Source of the DNA: an uncultured bacterium
GTDB lineage: Bacteria; Pseudomonadota; Gammaproteobacteria; Steroidobacterales; XN24
Direction: 5' to 3'
DNA length: 24,000 nt
Assembly: GCA_965233095.1 (NCBI GenBank)
Contig: CBDDRR010000275.1
Coordinates: 59,479 to 83,478, forward strand
A program made the translations under genes and the position numbers. Under the pieces are notes generated by a model. The model did no database searches. It saw only the letters and a program-made list of their open reading frames with translations, and had not been told where the DNA came from. Positions 23,350 to 24,000 of the stretch are shown here, piece by piece (position 1 is the first letter of the stretch; each line of letters starts with the position of its first letter).

Positions 23350-24000
23350 ATGGACTTTTCCTTTTCCTCCGAGCAGCAGTTGCTCAAGGACAGCGCCACC
23401 AAGTTCGCCCTCAAGGGCTATGGCTTCGAGCGCTACAAGACCACCCTAAAGCTCGACGGGCATCTCGACCCCACCGCCTGGTCGCAGATCGCCGTGTTCG
23501 GCTGGCTGGCCCTGCCGGTTCCCGAATCGGCGGGCGGCCTTTCCGGCAGCGGAACCGACATCGCGCTGGTGGCCGAGGCGCTCGGTGCCGGCATGGTGCT
23601 GGAGCCCTTCGTCTCCGGCGCGGTGCTCCCGGCGCGCCTCGTCGTGCTCTCGGGCGACGAGGCGGCCGCGACCCGGCTGCTCGTACCGCTGGCCGCCGGC
23701 AGCCTGCAGCTTGCCGTGGCATGGAGCGAGGCCGGCGACCGCCAGGACCCGGCCGTCTGCGCCACGCAGGCCAAGCCGGCCAAGGCCGGCTACGTGATCA
23801 GCGGCCGCAAGCAGTGCGTACTCAACGCGCCCAACGCGCAGCGCCTGCTGGTGAGCGCGCGCACCGCCGGAAAGGCGGGCGAAGCCGCTGGCATCAGCCT
23901 GTTCGAGATCGACCCCGCCGCTGCCGGCGTGAAGCTCGAGCGCTATCCGATCATGGGCGGCGGCACGGCGGCCGACGTGATCCTGGACGGTGTCGAAGTG
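23350..24000 (+). CDS. Acyl-CoA dehydrogenase family protein, second of a tandem pair; 3' end cut by the window
   Basis: Hand translation from ATG 23350: MDFSFSSEQQLLKDSATKFALKGYGFERYK...FGWLALPVPESAGGLSGSGTDIALVAEALG...YVISGRKQCVLNAPNAQRLLVSAR...GISLFEID, open to the window end. This is the typical ACAD N-terminal and middle domain. Confidence 0.75.
   Translation, partial: MDFSFSSEQQLLKDSATKFALKGYGFERYKTTLKLDGHLDPTAWSQIAVFGWLALPVPESAGGLSGSGTDIALVAEALGAGMVLEPFVSGAVLPARLVVLSGDEAAATRLLVPLAAGSLQLAVAWSEAGDRQDPAVCATQAKPAKAGYVISGRKQCVLNAPNAQRLLVSARTAGKAGEAAGISLFEIDPAAAGVKLERYPIMGGGTAADVILDGVEV

Noticed and set aside
1-24000. Signs that the CuMMO block is a mobile genomic island (integrase, transposase, flanking tRNA, terminal direct repeats)
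   Set aside because: None was seen in the window. The pmoCAB genes look somewhat less GC-rich than their neighbours, but that could simply reflect the hydrophobic amino-acid content of membrane proteins. A quantitative composition or codon analysis over the full genome would be needed.

Overview
GC-rich proteobacterial chromosomal segment, probably from a gammaproteobacterial heterotroph (taxon is a low-confidence guess). I call 25 protein-coding genes. I found no rRNA, tRNA, CRISPR array, transposase or integrase. Everything from 14132 down to position 1 is one co-directional minus-strand block with three parts. (1) A seven-gene copper membrane monooxygenase (CuMMO) operon, tightly packed from pmoB onward: pmoC-pmoA-pmoB, then a PmoD-like Cys/Met/His protein, CopC, a CopD-cytochrome c-thioredoxin-like fusion, and a poly-His DUF4399-like protein. 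(2) A long DUF1302-like outer-membrane protein. (3) A six-gene TonB2-type energiser cluster: DUF3450, long ExbB (TtpC-like), ExbB, ExbD, TonB, TPR. Across an AT-richer ~350 bp divergent control region, the plus strand carries an aldehyde dehydrogenase followed by a full (R)-specific beta-oxidation set: SCP2-type thiolase, split MaoC hydratase, SDR and an LCAD-like acyl-CoA dehydrogenase. Next come a methyltransferase, an alpha/beta hydrolase and a MAPEG protein, then two more acyl-CoA dehydrogenases. The main point of interest is the CuMMO operon. It keeps the known metal ligands, carries an unusually large copper-handling tail, and sits in aldehyde/acyl-CoA catabolism rather than C1 or nitrogen metabolism. 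That suggests a hydrocarbon (short-chain alkane or alkene) monooxygenase system, possibly linked to the adjacent outer-membrane and TonB genes. All calls come from reading the supplied translations and the DNA by eye; no database search was run.
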